Origin: an uncultured Chloroflexia bacterium
GTDB taxonomy: Bacteria > Chloroflexota > Limnocylindria > Limnocylindrales > CSP1-4
Assembly: GCA_963819655.1 (NCBI GenBank)
Contig: CAWFXA010000002.1
Span: forward strand, 960,001 to 1,024,000
Reading direction: 5' to 3'
DNA: 64,000 nucleotides
In this document: piece after piece, positions 19,322-28,170 of the stretch
How positions within the stretch are numbered: position 1 is the stretch's first letter
How the letters are laid out: every line of letters starts with the position of its first letter
Made by a program: the position numbers and the translations under genes
Notes under the pieces: model-generated
What the model was told of the DNA's origin: nothing
The model's database searches: none
The model's input: the letters and a program-made list of their open reading frames with translations, nothing else

Positions 19322-19791
19322 GGTTGATCTCCTGCTTGTTGCGATGTTTCGTCATCGAACCTCGCCTCGAGGCGTCGGCCGAGTTGGCGAAGGTCCGCCT
19401 CCAGGCTTCTCTTGATCTGGCGGCTCACGATCGGCCGCGCTAGACGCATCACCAAGCCGTATCCGCCGGTGACTCGCAGCCGTACCCGTGAGCCGGCTCC
19501 CTCGGGTTCGACGCCATAGGTCACCCCCATCGGAAACGGGGCCTTGACCGACTCCATGACCAGGAGACGGTCCGGGATGTGCTCCACGACCCGCAGCACG
19601 TAGTCGATCTGTCGACCCATGAACCTGGCCACTCGATGGGTCTCGGTGCCGACGGCCACAGGTGCGGTCGGCGGGTCGACCCGCTCGATCCCGGTGATCC
19701 AGGCGGGGTCGTGATGCGGGTCGAACATGTAAGCCGCGACGTCGTCTGGCGACCTGGCCACGTGGGCATCCACTCGGACATCGAACGGCAT
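19318..19791 (-). CDS. SRPBCC family protein
   Basis: VARSPDDVAAYMFDP.HDPAW and ARFMGRQIDY; AGGAGGAG RBS; 4-nt overlap with the next gene. Confidence 0.85.
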   Translation of the reverse strand: MPFDVRVDAHVARSPDDVAAYMFDPHHDPAWITGIERVDPPTAPVAVGTETHRVARFMGRQIDYVLRVVEHIPDRLLVMESVKAPFPMGVTYGVEPEGAGSRVRLRVTGGYGLVMRLARPIVSRQIKRSLEADLRQLGRRLEARFDDETSQQAGDQP

Positions 19792-19805
19792 TGGGCTCCT
19801 CCTTG

Positions 19806-19860
19806 TTTTAGCCGTGGCTATAGTAGCGACCATGGCGCACCTATTCAAGTGAGCGCTAAA
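19806..19860. promoter_or_regulatory. Two putative ArsR-type operators (TTTAG-N6-CTAAA-like)
   Basis: TTTAG-ccgtgg-CTATA (19806-19821) and TCAAG-tgagcg-CTAAA (19845-19860) lie in the divergent gap beside the ArsR gene. Confidence 0.5.
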
Positions 19861-19869
19861 GTACGTGGC

Positions 19870-20175
19870 GTGGATGTGATCACGGCCATCGCTGCGCCGC
19901 GGAGGCGCGAGATCCTGCACCTCATCTGGGATCGCGAGTTGAGCGCGGGCGACATCGCTGCGGCTCTCCCGGTCACCTTCGGCGCTGTCTCGCAGCACCT
20001 ACAGATCCTGCGCGACGCCGGCATCGTCGACGTTCGCCAGGAGGGCACCTACCGCTACTACCGCGCCAACCAGGAGCGCATCGGCCCCCTGGCGGCCGTC
20101 CTCGAAGCGTATTGGACGGACGCTCTCGACCGGCTCGCCGACGCAGCCGAACGCGATGAGACGGCAGCAACGTGA
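19870..20175 (+). CDS. ArsR/SmtB-family transcriptional regulator
   Basis: AIAAPRRREIL.LI...ELSAGDIA...AVSQHLQILRDAGIV.VR.EGTYRYY. Confidence 0.9.
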   Translation: MDVITAIAAPRRREILHLIWDRELSAGDIAAALPVTFGAVSQHLQILRDAGIVDVRQEGTYRYYRANQERIGPLAAVLEAYWTDALDRLADAAERDETAAT

Positions 20176-20633
20176 GCGCGCAGGTCGTTAGGATCATGGT
20201 GACCCGCCGGATCCGAGCACTGCCCGAGCGGGTCTACGGGTTCTTCACCGATGCCGCACTTTGGGCTAGTTGGCAGGGCACCTCGGCCACCGTCGACCCT
20301 CGCCCTGGCGGCATCCTGCAGATCGCGATGGGCCCGGACGGCACGGGATTGGCCGAAGGACGCTTCGTGGAGTTGGAACCCTTCGAGCGGATCGTCTTCA
20401 CCTGGGGATGGGCGAGCAGTCCCCTCTCGAGCCTGCCGCCGGGCTCCACCGTCGTCACGATCCACCTCCGTGCCGACGGCGATGGGACGATCGTGACGCT
20501 GACCCACGATTCGCTGCCCCCGAGCGAGCGCGACATCCACGAGGCCGGATGGTCGCTCTATCTGGACCGACTCGTGATGGTTGGCGAAGGCGGCGATCCG
20601 GGTCCCGATCCGTCTCTTGCGGGAACGGAGTAG
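20172..20633 (+). CDS. SRPBCC/AHSA1 domain protein
   Basis: PERVY.FFTD, DPRPGG, RIVFTWGW and HEAGW..YLDRL. Confidence 0.9.
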   Translation: MSAQVVRIMVTRRIRALPERVYGFFTDAALWASWQGTSATVDPRPGGILQIAMGPDGTGLAEGRFVELEPFERIVFTWGWASSPLSSLPPGSTVVTIHLRADGDGTIVTLTHDSLPPSERDIHEAGWSLYLDRLVMVGEGGDPGPDPSLAGTE

Positions 20634-20660
20634 TCGCGGCCGCGGCGTTACGATCCGACG

Positions 20661-21155
20661 ATGACGAGGCTCCCGGATGGTTTTGAGGTCCAGGGTCCGG
20701 TCCAAGCCGAGGTCTTCGTCGTTTGGCTTGCCGGCGATCACCTCGAACTGACCGGTCCGTGCGGCGCCGCTCCCTGGCTGATCGAACTCGGGTCGGAGGA
20801 CCATCCGGTCGATGTCGTGACCCGGATCGTCAGCGAAGAGGTCGGCGTGCCGCTCCTCGTCCATTCCACATCCTGGCGGCGCGACCGCGAGGCAGTCATC
20901 CTCAGTTTCGTCGCGGTGATCGACCGGGGCCTCGTCGGATCGATGGCGAGCCTGCCGATCGAGCGAGCCGCGTTGGCGCGCGGGGAAGCCACGGCGGCTC
21001 CCCAGGACATCGCGACGACGCAGGTCGTCGAGCATGGGTTGCGACACATGGCCTGGCTGGCCGAGGACGATCCGGTGGTCGCGGCCAGACTGTCTCCGGA
21101 CTGGCGCGCCGTCCTCTCGACCTATGTCCCAGAGCCGTTCCGCAATCTCGGCTGA
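20661..21155 (+). CDS. Conserved hypothetical protein (possibly degenerate NUDIX-like fold)
   Basis: Good coding composition; VHSTSWR and HGLRHMAWL motifs; leaderless TACGAT-N6-ATG. Confidence 0.7.
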   Translation: MTRLPDGFEVQGPVQAEVFVVWLAGDHLELTGPCGAAPWLIELGSEDHPVDVVTRIVSEEVGVPLLVHSTSWRRDREAVILSFVAVIDRGLVGSMASLPIERAALARGEATAAPQDIATTQVVEHGLRHMAWLAEDDPVVAARLSPDWRAVLSTYVPEPFRNLG

Positions 21156-21167
21156 AGGGAGCGCCCA

Positions 21168-21377
21168 GTGGATAGCGAGATCATCACGGTGCGTTGTGTC
21201 TGTGGCTGGGAAACGTCTGGCACCGAGTCGGATGTCGTAGGGGCCACCGCGGACCACGGTCGCCGACTGCACAACATGACGCCGACGCGCGACGAAGTCC
21301 TCGCCATGGCCGTCGAGGCAAGGCAAGGGCAGGAGGTGCCCGTCAAGCAGCCCGGTCCAGGCGGTGTGGTTCGTTAG
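21168..21377 (+). CDS. DUF1059-like small metal-binding protein
   Basis: C.CGW...G.E.DVV....DHG...H pattern; AAGGGAG RBS. Confidence 0.75.
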   Translation: MDSEIITVRCVCGWETSGTESDVVGATADHGRRLHNMTPTRDEVLAMAVEARQGQEVPVKQPGPGGVVR

Positions 21378-21406
21378 CGATTCCCAGTAGCTGGCGCGAC
21401 GGTTGC

Positions 21407-21688
21407 TTAGCCTTTGCCGACGTCGCTGATCTCGACGTCGGCCTCGTCTCCGACCGCCAGGTGCGAGGCAGCCATCATCGCCTTGCTGACGCTGAGCGCG
21501 AGACGCCCGCCGCCCGCCGGCATGACGCTAGACGCGAACGCCTCTCCGGCGAGCGACCCTCGGACGCGCTGCTGCTTGAGGCCGCCGAGGGCAGGAACGT
21601 GTTCGGCGGGGATGTCGACGACGGCCAGGCCGCTGCCTTTTGCAGGGTCCCAGTAGTGGATAGTTCCGGGGAAGCGGATGCGGTCCAT
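21407..21688 (-). CDS. DUF1905 domain protein
   Basis: RVRGSL.G..F.SSVMP.GGG...L.VSK........VGD. Confidence 0.8.
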   Translation of the reverse strand: MDRIRFPGTIHYWDPAKGSGLAVVDIPAEHVPALGGLKQQRVRGSLAGEAFASSVMPAGGGRLALSVSKAMMAASHLAVGDEADVEISDVGKG

Positions 21689-21734
21689 TCCAGAGCAAGC
21701 CAACCTCCGTCGTCGGCCCGTGTCAAGCCGACCG

Positions 21735-22946
21735 TCAGCCGATCGTCCGTGCCGCCCGTCGACGCTCCTCGAGGAAGAGGCGCTCGGCGTCGCTAGCAGC
21801 CAGGGTCGCGGCGCGCTGGTAGGCATCGCTCGCATGATCGTCGCGTCCGAGCCGTCGAAACAGGTCGGCGCGGGCGGCGTGGTAGAGGTGGTACTCGTCG
21901 AGGTCCAGTTCGTCGAGGACGTCAAGGGCGGCCTGGGGACCTCGCACCTCGCCCATGGCGATGGCTCGGTTCATCGCGACCACGGGCGTCGGGGTCATCG
22001 ACAGCAAATGGTCGTACAGGGCCAAGATCTGGCTCCAGTCGGTCGCGTCGAACGTGTCTGCGTCGGCGTGGACCGCAGAAATCGCTGCCTGGATTTGGTA
22101 CGGCCCCGGCTGATTGCGGCGGAGACACGCTCGCACGATCGCCTGGCCCTCCTGGATCAGAGCCCGGTCCCACGTCGACCGGTCCTGATCCCGTAGAAGC
22201 ACGAGCCGCCCATCCTCACCGAAGCGAGCCCGCCAGCGGGATTCCGCCAGCAGGAGCAGTGCCAAGAGCCCAGCGACCTCCGCCTCGTCGGGCATGAGGG
22301 CGTTGATGCTCCGCGCCAGCCGGACCGCCTCGTGGCGCAGGTCATCTCCGGAGGGCCCGTTCGTCCCGGCGTTGTACGTCAGGTACAGCACGGCCAGCAC
22401 CGGTCGGAGCCGCCCGGGCAGTTCAGCCTCGCTCGGGACTCGATAGGGGATGTGGGCCGCACGGATCTTGTGTTTGGCGCGGACCAGTCGCTTGGCCATC
22501 GTCGCCTCTGCGACCAGGAAGGCGCGGGCCACCTCCCCCGTGGTCAGGCCGCCGAGCAGCCGAAGGGTAAGGGCGATCTGCGCCTCCGTGGCGAGCGACG
22601 GGTGGCAACACGTGAAGATCAGGCGGAGTCGGTCGTCCTGCACAGCCCCGGTCTCCTCTCCTGGACGATCGTCGGTGTCATCGGCCACCTGGGTCAGCAG
22701 TTCGCGACCGCGCGACTCCCGACGCAGGTGATCGATCGCCCGATTGCGCGCGGTCGTCGTGATCCAGCCACCGGGGTTGGGAGGCAATCCGCCCGCGGGC
22801 CACTTCCGAAGGGCGAGGGCGAACGCCTCCTGGACGGCATCCTCGGCCAAGTCGATGTCGCCGAAGATACGGATCAGGGTGGCGACCGACCGACCGGACT
22901 CCTCGCGGAAGATCCGGCCGATCAGCGCGTCATCGACGATCGGCAA
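21735..22946 (-). CDS. ECF sigma factor with C-terminal TPR-like extension (ECF42-type)
   Basis: AEDAVQEAF, DDRLRLIFTCCHP, LVRAKHKI, GPYQIQAAISAVH and TDWSQI..LYD. Confidence 0.92.
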   Translation of the reverse strand: MPIVDDALIGRIFREESGRSVATLIRIFGDIDLAEDAVQEAFALALRKWPAGGLPPNPGGWITTTARNRAIDHLRRESRGRELLTQVADDTDDRPGEETGAVQDDRLRLIFTCCHPSLATEAQIALTLRLLGGLTTGEVARAFLVAEATMAKRLVRAKHKIRAAHIPYRVPSEAELPGRLRPVLAVLYLTYNAGTNGPSGDDLRHEAVRLARSINALMPDEAEVAGLLALLLLAESRWRARFGEDGRLVLLRDQDRSTWDRALIQEGQAIVRACLRRNQPGPYQIQAAISAVHADADTFDATDWSQILALYDHLLSMTPTPVVAMNRAIAMGEVRGPQAALDVLDELDLDEYHLYHAARADLFRRLGRDDHASDAYQRAATLAASDAERLFLEERRRAARTIG

Positions 22947-22949
22947 GGT

Positions 22950-23312
22950 TCAGCCGCCTGCCGTGTCCACGAATGGCCAGACCTCGATCGGCGAGGAGAT
23001 GAGTTGCGTCACCTTTGCCGCCCAACCAAGCGCTTCGTCGAGATCGGACGCCTCGATGATGTAGAAGCCGGCGATGTGCTCCTTCGCCTCGACAAACGGA
23101 CCGTCCGTCGTCACGACTTCGCCGTCGGATACGCGGACCACCGTTGCCGTGTCGGGGTCATGCAGGCGGGCCGAGAAGACCCAGGCACCCGCCGACTTCA
23201 TCTCCGCCTCAAGTGCCTGGATCGGTTCCCATGCCCGCTGCATCTCCTCGTCGGTGATCGGCTCACGGGTCGCTCCAGCGGTGCTGTGCGTGGATAGCAG
23301 GTATCGCGGCAT
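22950..23312 (-). CDS. YciI/DGPF-family protein
   Basis: TDGPFVEAKEHIAGFYIIEA.DLDEAL.WA; typical partner of ECF42 sigma factors. Confidence 0.92.
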   Translation of the reverse strand: MPRYLLSTHSTAGATREPITDEEMQRAWEPIQALEAEMKSAGAWVFSARLHDPDTATVVRVSDGEVVTTDGPFVEAKEHIAGFYIIEASDLDEALGWAAKVTQLISSPIEVWPFVDTAGG

Positions 23313-23357
23313 GAGGTGCTCCTCGGGTCGGCTGGCTTGCCCAGCCTCTCACCTCCC

Positions 23358-23384
23358 TACGAATGGCGTGCGGCCAGATGGACA
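23358..23384 (-). promoter_or_regulatory. Putative ECF42-type autoregulatory promoter
   Basis: Minus strand TGTCCA-N17-CGTA upstream of the DGPF gene, close to the TGTCGA/CGTC-type ECF42 motif. Confidence 0.5.
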
Positions 23385-23515
23385 GCCGCGTGCTCGAGAT
23401 GCGGCGTTGCACTCCACGCGGGTCATGTCGCCGGCTACGATCCGAGCGACGTATACAGACTGTGCGCAGCGCGACGTGGAGCTGGATACGACTCGATGGG
23501 GTGAAGGGAGCCGCT

Positions 23516-23791
23516 ATGTACGCCGTCGTGGTTCGAGAGACCGGACAACGTGAGGCGATCGAGGGCAGCGGGGAGCTTCTCACGGCGAACCTGTTGCCCC
23601 GTGTGCGTGAGGCGCCGGGGGTAGTCTCGGCCTCCTTCATGTCGGACGGGGAGGGCGCGACCCTGAACGTACTCGTCTTCGAAAGTGAGGAAGCAGCGCG
23701 AGCCGCTCTCCAGCTAACCCGCAATGCCCCACGTCCAGGGTTCCTCGAGCTGGAGAGCGCCGACGTCTACCGGGTGCTCGCGCACTTCTGA
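23516..23791 (+). CDS. Small ferredoxin-like/ABM-like hypothetical protein
   Basis: AAGGGAG RBS; MYAVVV...LPRVREAPG.VS...VFESEEAA. Confidence 0.7.
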   Translation: MYAVVVRETGQREAIEGSGELLTANLLPRVREAPGVVSASFMSDGEGATLNVLVFESEEAARAALQLTRNAPRPGFLELESADVYRVLAHF

Positions 23792-23825
23792 TGACTCGAC
23801 CTCGCGGCGCCATTCGATTCGCAGG

Positions 23826-24266
23826 CTACAGAGACCCCACCCCGATGACCGGGATCTCGAAGTCCACCAGTCGGATCCCAGTGGACGGGTCCCACGCCGT
23901 CGCGATCAACGTTCCCCTCTGGACCCATCCGGCGAAGAATGCCGTCGGCGAGAAGCGCACCACTGCATAGCAACTCTCCCCGGCCGCGAGAGTCGCGCCT
24001 GGAGTGAGGGCTGGGCAGGTCGAGCCTGGCATGAGGCCGAAGCCGAAGTCGTCGGGCAGGCCTCCGCTCACCAGCAGAAGCACGTCCGCGCCACTCGTGT
24101 TGGTGATCTTGGTTCGCTTGTAGTTCTCGGTTCCGACCTGCCGTTTGTGGAAATCGATCGTCGATGGACGGGCGGTCAGGACGCCCGGTTGTGCCGCGGA
24201 AACCGCCCCGACCGCGGCGCTCAGGATCAGGCTCCCGGCCATGAGAATGGCAACCATCCGGCTCAT
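23826..24266 (-). CDS. Secreted Ig-like (choice-of-anchor-D-like) hypothetical protein
   Basis: Signal peptide ending AVSA; PSTIDF, ITNT and STC...L.AGESC...VRFSP pattern. Confidence 0.65.
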   Translation of the reverse strand: MSRMVAILMAGSLILSAAVGAVSAAQPGVLTARPSTIDFHKRQVGTENYKRTKITNTSGADVLLLVSGGLPDDFGFGLMPGSTCPALTPGATLAAGESCYAVVRFSPTAFFAGWVQRGTLIATAWDPSTGIRLVDFEIPVIGVGSL

Positions 24267-24433
24267 CGCGACGGCTCCCTCGAGGGGTGACGGGATCAGG
24301 TGTTGGACGGCCCTCTTCGATGGATTGTCCGATCCTCCGCACGGCGAGTCCAGTACTTTCGTCCCATCCCGGTGCCTCCGGACACCAGGCACGTAGTCGT
24401 CCGGAAGCCCTGGTTCCCGGGTAGACTCCGAGC

Positions 24434-25729
24434 GTGCCAGCGCCGGGCGAGACCGTGGTCGTTGTCGTCGCGATCGGGCTCGCCATCCTGTTATCTGTCC
24501 TGTTGTCCGTGCGCGTCCTGACCGCCGTCCCTGGCTGGGTCCGTCGGGCCCGCACGCCCGAGACGCGCGCGCTCCGCGTCATCGGTGTCGGTGGCGGCGG
24601 CAGCAACGCGGTCGATCGGATGGTCCAGGCGCGGATCCAGGCGGTCAGTTTCGTGAGCTGCAATACGGATGCCCAGGCTCTGCGTCGCTCGAGCGCGAAG
24701 ACGAAGCTCCGGATCGGTGACTCGATCACGGGCGGCCTCGGTTCTGGCGGAGACCCGGAGATCGGGCGTCGGGCTGCCGAGGAGGACCACGATAGGATCG
24801 CTCGCGCCGTTCACGGCGCAGACCTTGTCTTCGTCACCGCCGGTCTTGGCGGTGGAACGGGATCCGGCGCCGCGCCGATCGTCGCTGCCAGCGCCAGGGA
24901 TCAAGGCGCCCTGACGATCGCGGTCGTGACCAAGCCATTCGGTTTCGAGGGATCGCAACGGAAGCGCGTCGCCGACACCGCGGCGGCCGAGCTTGCCGCG
25001 AATGTCGACGTCCTGATCGTCGTGCCGAACGATCGTGTCGGCGACGTTCTCGCCGAGGACGCCACCATGGTCGATGCGTTCCGAGTCGTCGACGACGTCC
25101 TGCTGCAGACTGTCCAGGGGATCATCGACCTGATCGCCGCGCAGGGGTTGATCAATCTCGACTTCGCCGATATCCGGTCCGTGATGAAGGACGCCGGTCC
25201 TGCGGTCATCGGCCTGGGTCGTGGCAGCGGCGAGCACCGTGCGATCGACGCGGCTCGTCAGGCGATCGCCAGCCCGCTTCTCGAAGCGAACATCGATGGC
25301 GCTCGCGGGATCCTGTTCAATATCTCCGGCCCGGCCGACCTCGGATTGCGCGAGGTCCGGCTGGCGGCCGACGAGATCCGCGGGCGCGCCGATGCCGACG
25401 CGAACGTCATCTTCGGGACGACCTTCAGCGAATTGCTCGGCGAGGACGTTCTCATCACCCTGATCGCGACTGGGCTGAACGGGCAGGATCGGACCCAGAA
25501 GCCGGCGGTGGAGGCTTCCTCGAACGGTGGCCATCCTCCGGTAGCCGGGGAGGTGCGGCCGCCGAGGCGTTCGGCGCGGACGGTCAAGGAGGCGTCCCCT
25601 GTGGATGCGCCTGCGTCGCCGGTCGAGGCTTCCGATCAGGCACCACAGCCATCGCCGACTCCGGATGACGATGACACCGAGGTGCCGAGTTTCCTGCGCC
25701 GGACGGGGCAACCTCCTGGCGTCACGTGA
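24434..25729 (+). CDS. ftsZ: FtsZ-family GTPase paralogue with predicted N-terminal transmembrane helix
   Basis: GVGGGGSN, NTDAQAL, GGGTGSG tubulin signature, PFGFEG, T7 loop NLDFADI and C-terminal EVPSFLRR; N-terminal VVVVVAIGLAILLSVLLSV; TAGACT-N6-GTG start. Confidence 0.9.
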   Translation: MPAPGETVVVVVAIGLAILLSVLLSVRVLTAVPGWVRRARTPETRALRVIGVGGGGSNAVDRMVQARIQAVSFVSCNTDAQALRRSSAKTKLRIGDSITGGLGSGGDPEIGRRAAEEDHDRIARAVHGADLVFVTAGLGGGTGSGAAPIVAASARDQGALTIAVVTKPFGFEGSQRKRVADTAAAELAANVDVLIVVPNDRVGDVLAEDATMVDAFRVVDDVLLQTVQGIIDLIAAQGLINLDFADIRSVMKDAGPAVIGLGRGSGEHRAIDAARQAIASPLLEANIDGARGILFNISGPADLGLREVRLAADEIRGRADADANVIFGTTFSELLGEDVLITLIATGLNGQDRTQKPAVEASSNGGHPPVAGEVRPPRRSARTVKEASPVDAPASPVEASDQAPQPSPTPDDDDTEVPSFLRRTGQPPGVT

Positions 25730-25882
25730 GTCCCGGCCCGGTACGCGAACAGACGGCGTCGGCCAATCGTGGATCGGCGGTCGGTTCGTCGGTCGTGGGC
25801 ATTTGACCTGGCGCGGACAATTGAGGTCACCGCGGTCCCGCGCCGCATGACCCCGATCTCGTGGCGCGCCAAGGAGAGCCTG

Positions 25883-26164
25883 ATGCAGGCACCGAGCCCG
25901 TTCCCGGCCAGCGTCCTACGGCCTCCGTCCCCCTCGGCGCGCTGCACCTGCAAACATTGGGTCTATTGCGATTGCACGTGTCACGGCCGGTACTGCGATC
26001 CGTCCGAGAACATGTGCGACCTCGCCTTCCTGCCCGACGACGGCGGCCTCGCCTATTGGGGCTGCGCGGGTTGCACACCCGGTGAGGGGGCGCTGCACTA
26101 TCTCGGATGCGAGCTGATCGGCTGGAACGTGCCACTCGGAGGCACCCCGGAAACCCCGCAGTAA
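25883..26164 (+). CDS. Small Cys-rich hypothetical protein (10 Cys in 93 aa)
   Basis: AAGGAG RBS; CTCKH..YCDCTCH..YC and GCAGC....G.LH..GC. Confidence 0.65.
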   Translation: MQAPSPFPASVLRPPSPSARCTCKHWVYCDCTCHGRYCDPSENMCDLAFLPDDGGLAYWGCAGCTPGEGALHYLGCELIGWNVPLGGTPETPQ

Positions 26165-26186
26165 CCTGATCTCGGAGGATCACCGG

Positions 26187-26264
26187 ATGGACAAGAAGGC
26201 GAAAACCCCGAAGAAACCGAAGCAGACAAAGACGAAAGACGGCCGGACCGCAAAGACGCAGTAG
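26187..26264 (+). CDS. 25-aa Lys-rich micro-ORF (MDKKAKTPKKPKQTKTKDGRTAKTQ)
   Basis: GGAGG at 26174-26178 with correct spacing; A-rich Lys codons; below the ORF-track size cutoff. Confidence 0.5.
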   Translation: MDKKAKTPKKPKQTKTKDGRTAKTQ

Positions 26265-26284
26265 CCGCCTGGGCGCATCGGCGC

Positions 26285-28003
26285 TCAGGACGGTGGACTC
26301 ATCTCGCTCTGCAACGCCTCGACTGCCGCGCTGACAGACGGATAGAAGCGGTCCTTATCGATGGTCTCGAGGAGCCCGTACGTCACGATCATCTCGCGTA
26401 CGCCTGACTGGAGCTCGGCGAACGCGAGATGGATCCCCGTCGAGTTCAGTTCGAGGTCGAGGTCTGCCAGCATCGCCCCGGCGGTCGTGTCGATGTCCGT
26501 GATCGGCTCGGCGGCGATGAGGACCCACTGTGGCGGACGAGCGGCCGCCTTCACAAGGTCGCGGATCCGGTCGCGGAACTGGTTCGCATTCGCGAAGAAG
26601 AGTGGTGCTGACCAGCGAAGGATGAGGAGGCCCGGGACCTGCTGTGCATCCGGGTGGGTCCGGATGTCGTGGAACCCGGGCACGCGCGGTGCCTTCCCAA
26701 GGACCGCGGAGTAGGGTGCCCACGCGCGCTTGAAGATGTAGATGACCGACAGGGCGACGGCGACGACGATGCCCTCCAACACGCCGATGAAGGCCACGCC
26801 GAGACCGCAGGCGACGGCCAACGCGAACTCCATCTTGCGAACGCGGAATAGCCGGCGCAGCGCCGCGAGGTCGAACAGGCTGATCGACGCCGCGATGATG
26901 ACCGCCGCCAGCACTGGCTGCGGCATCGACTGGACGAGGCCGGGCACGACGAGGAGCATCGCGAGTACCAGTCCGGCCGCGATGAGGCCGGTCAGTTGGG
27001 TCTTGGCTCCCGACTGGGCAGCAACGGCCGTCCGGGAGCCGCTCGTACTCACGGCGAATCCCGAGAACAGGCCTGCGGCCAGATTGGCCGAGCCGATCCC
27101 CGCGAGCTCCTGGTTACCGTCCACCTCGTAGCCCCTGCGCGAGGCGAAGCCTCCTGAGGTCGAGATGGTGTCACCGATGGCCACGAGCGAGATTCCCAGC
27201 GCGGCGGCCGCCAACAGCGGGATGTCGGAGACAGCCACGGCTGGCAGCGCCGGCAGCGGGAACCCCTGCGGGAGCACGCCGATCACGGAAACGCCATGCG
27301 ATGCGAGGTCGAGAACGATCGACAGCGCGATCGCGACCACGACCGCGACGAGGATGCCCGGCGTCCGCGGCGACACTCGCATGAGGCCCAGGATGATGAC
27401 GAGGCTGAGCAGGCCGATGCCGAGCGCCCAGGGATTCGTCTGGTCGACACCCCGGAGGAATGCGGACGCCTCGCCTAGGAGCCCACTCGCGTCGGTGCTG
27501 AATCCGAACAACTTGGGCAGCTGGCCGATGAAGATCACGATCGCAAGACCAGCCAGGTACCCGGTCCGGACCGGGTTCGAGAGCAGGTCAGCGACGAAGC
27601 CGAGCTTGGCTGCGCCCGCGCCGACCGTGACCAGCCCGACCAGGAGGGCGAGCATCCCAGCGAGGGCGATCGCTTGCTCCTGGTTGCCGGCGGCAAGCGG
27701 CAGGATCGTCGCGGCGATCATGGGCCCGAGGGAGGAATCCGGGCCAAGAACGAGGATCGGCGACGGTCCGACGAGGGCGTAGGCGACCAGACAGACGACG
27801 GTCGTATACAGCCCGGTGATCGCGGGCAGCCCAGCTAGCTCGGCGTAGGCCATGCCTTGAGGCACGAGCAGGGTGACGAGAACGACGCCGGCGACGATGT
27901 CGCGTGACAACCACGACCGTTCGTAGGTGCGGATGACGCGCACGCCGGGCATCCACCGCTCGACCCGCCCGAGCAGGGGATTCGTCGCCCCTTGGTACTG
28001 CAC
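26285..28003 (-). CDS. SulP-family anion permease with STAS domain
   Basis: LVPQGMAYA.LAGLP..TGLY, NQEL..IG.AN, S.SRTAV and STAS PLFFANA...IDTT. Confidence 0.95.
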   Translation of the reverse strand: MQYQGATNPLLGRVERWMPGVRVIRTYERSWLSRDIVAGVVLVTLLVPQGMAYAELAGLPAITGLYTTVVCLVAYALVGPSPILVLGPDSSLGPMIAATILPLAAGNQEQAIALAGMLALLVGLVTVGAGAAKLGFVADLLSNPVRTGYLAGLAIVIFIGQLPKLFGFSTDASGLLGEASAFLRGVDQTNPWALGIGLLSLVIILGLMRVSPRTPGILVAVVVAIALSIVLDLASHGVSVIGVLPQGFPLPALPAVAVSDIPLLAAAALGISLVAIGDTISTSGGFASRRGYEVDGNQELAGIGSANLAAGLFSGFAVSTSGSRTAVAAQSGAKTQLTGLIAAGLVLAMLLVVPGLVQSMPQPVLAAVIIAASISLFDLAALRRLFRVRKMEFALAVACGLGVAFIGVLEGIVVAVALSVIYIFKRAWAPYSAVLGKAPRVPGFHDIRTHPDAQQVPGLLILRWSAPLFFANANQFRDRIRDLVKAAARPPQWVLIAAEPITDIDTTAGAMLADLDLELNSTGIHLAFAELQSGVREMIVTYGLLETIDKDRFYPSVSAAVEALQSEMSPPS

Positions 28004-28170
28004 GCAGCCCTCCCTTCTCGCGGTGAACAGCCCTGATGCTAACCTCGGACCGAGCTGGCGCGGTCATCCCACGGCACGATCTGGGCGCAGTGATCCGCGA
28101 CCTACGACTACACCTCTTGTCGGCCGAGGCGTACCCTTTGCCGTGTTGGGATCAGGCGGGAGGACGAGAA

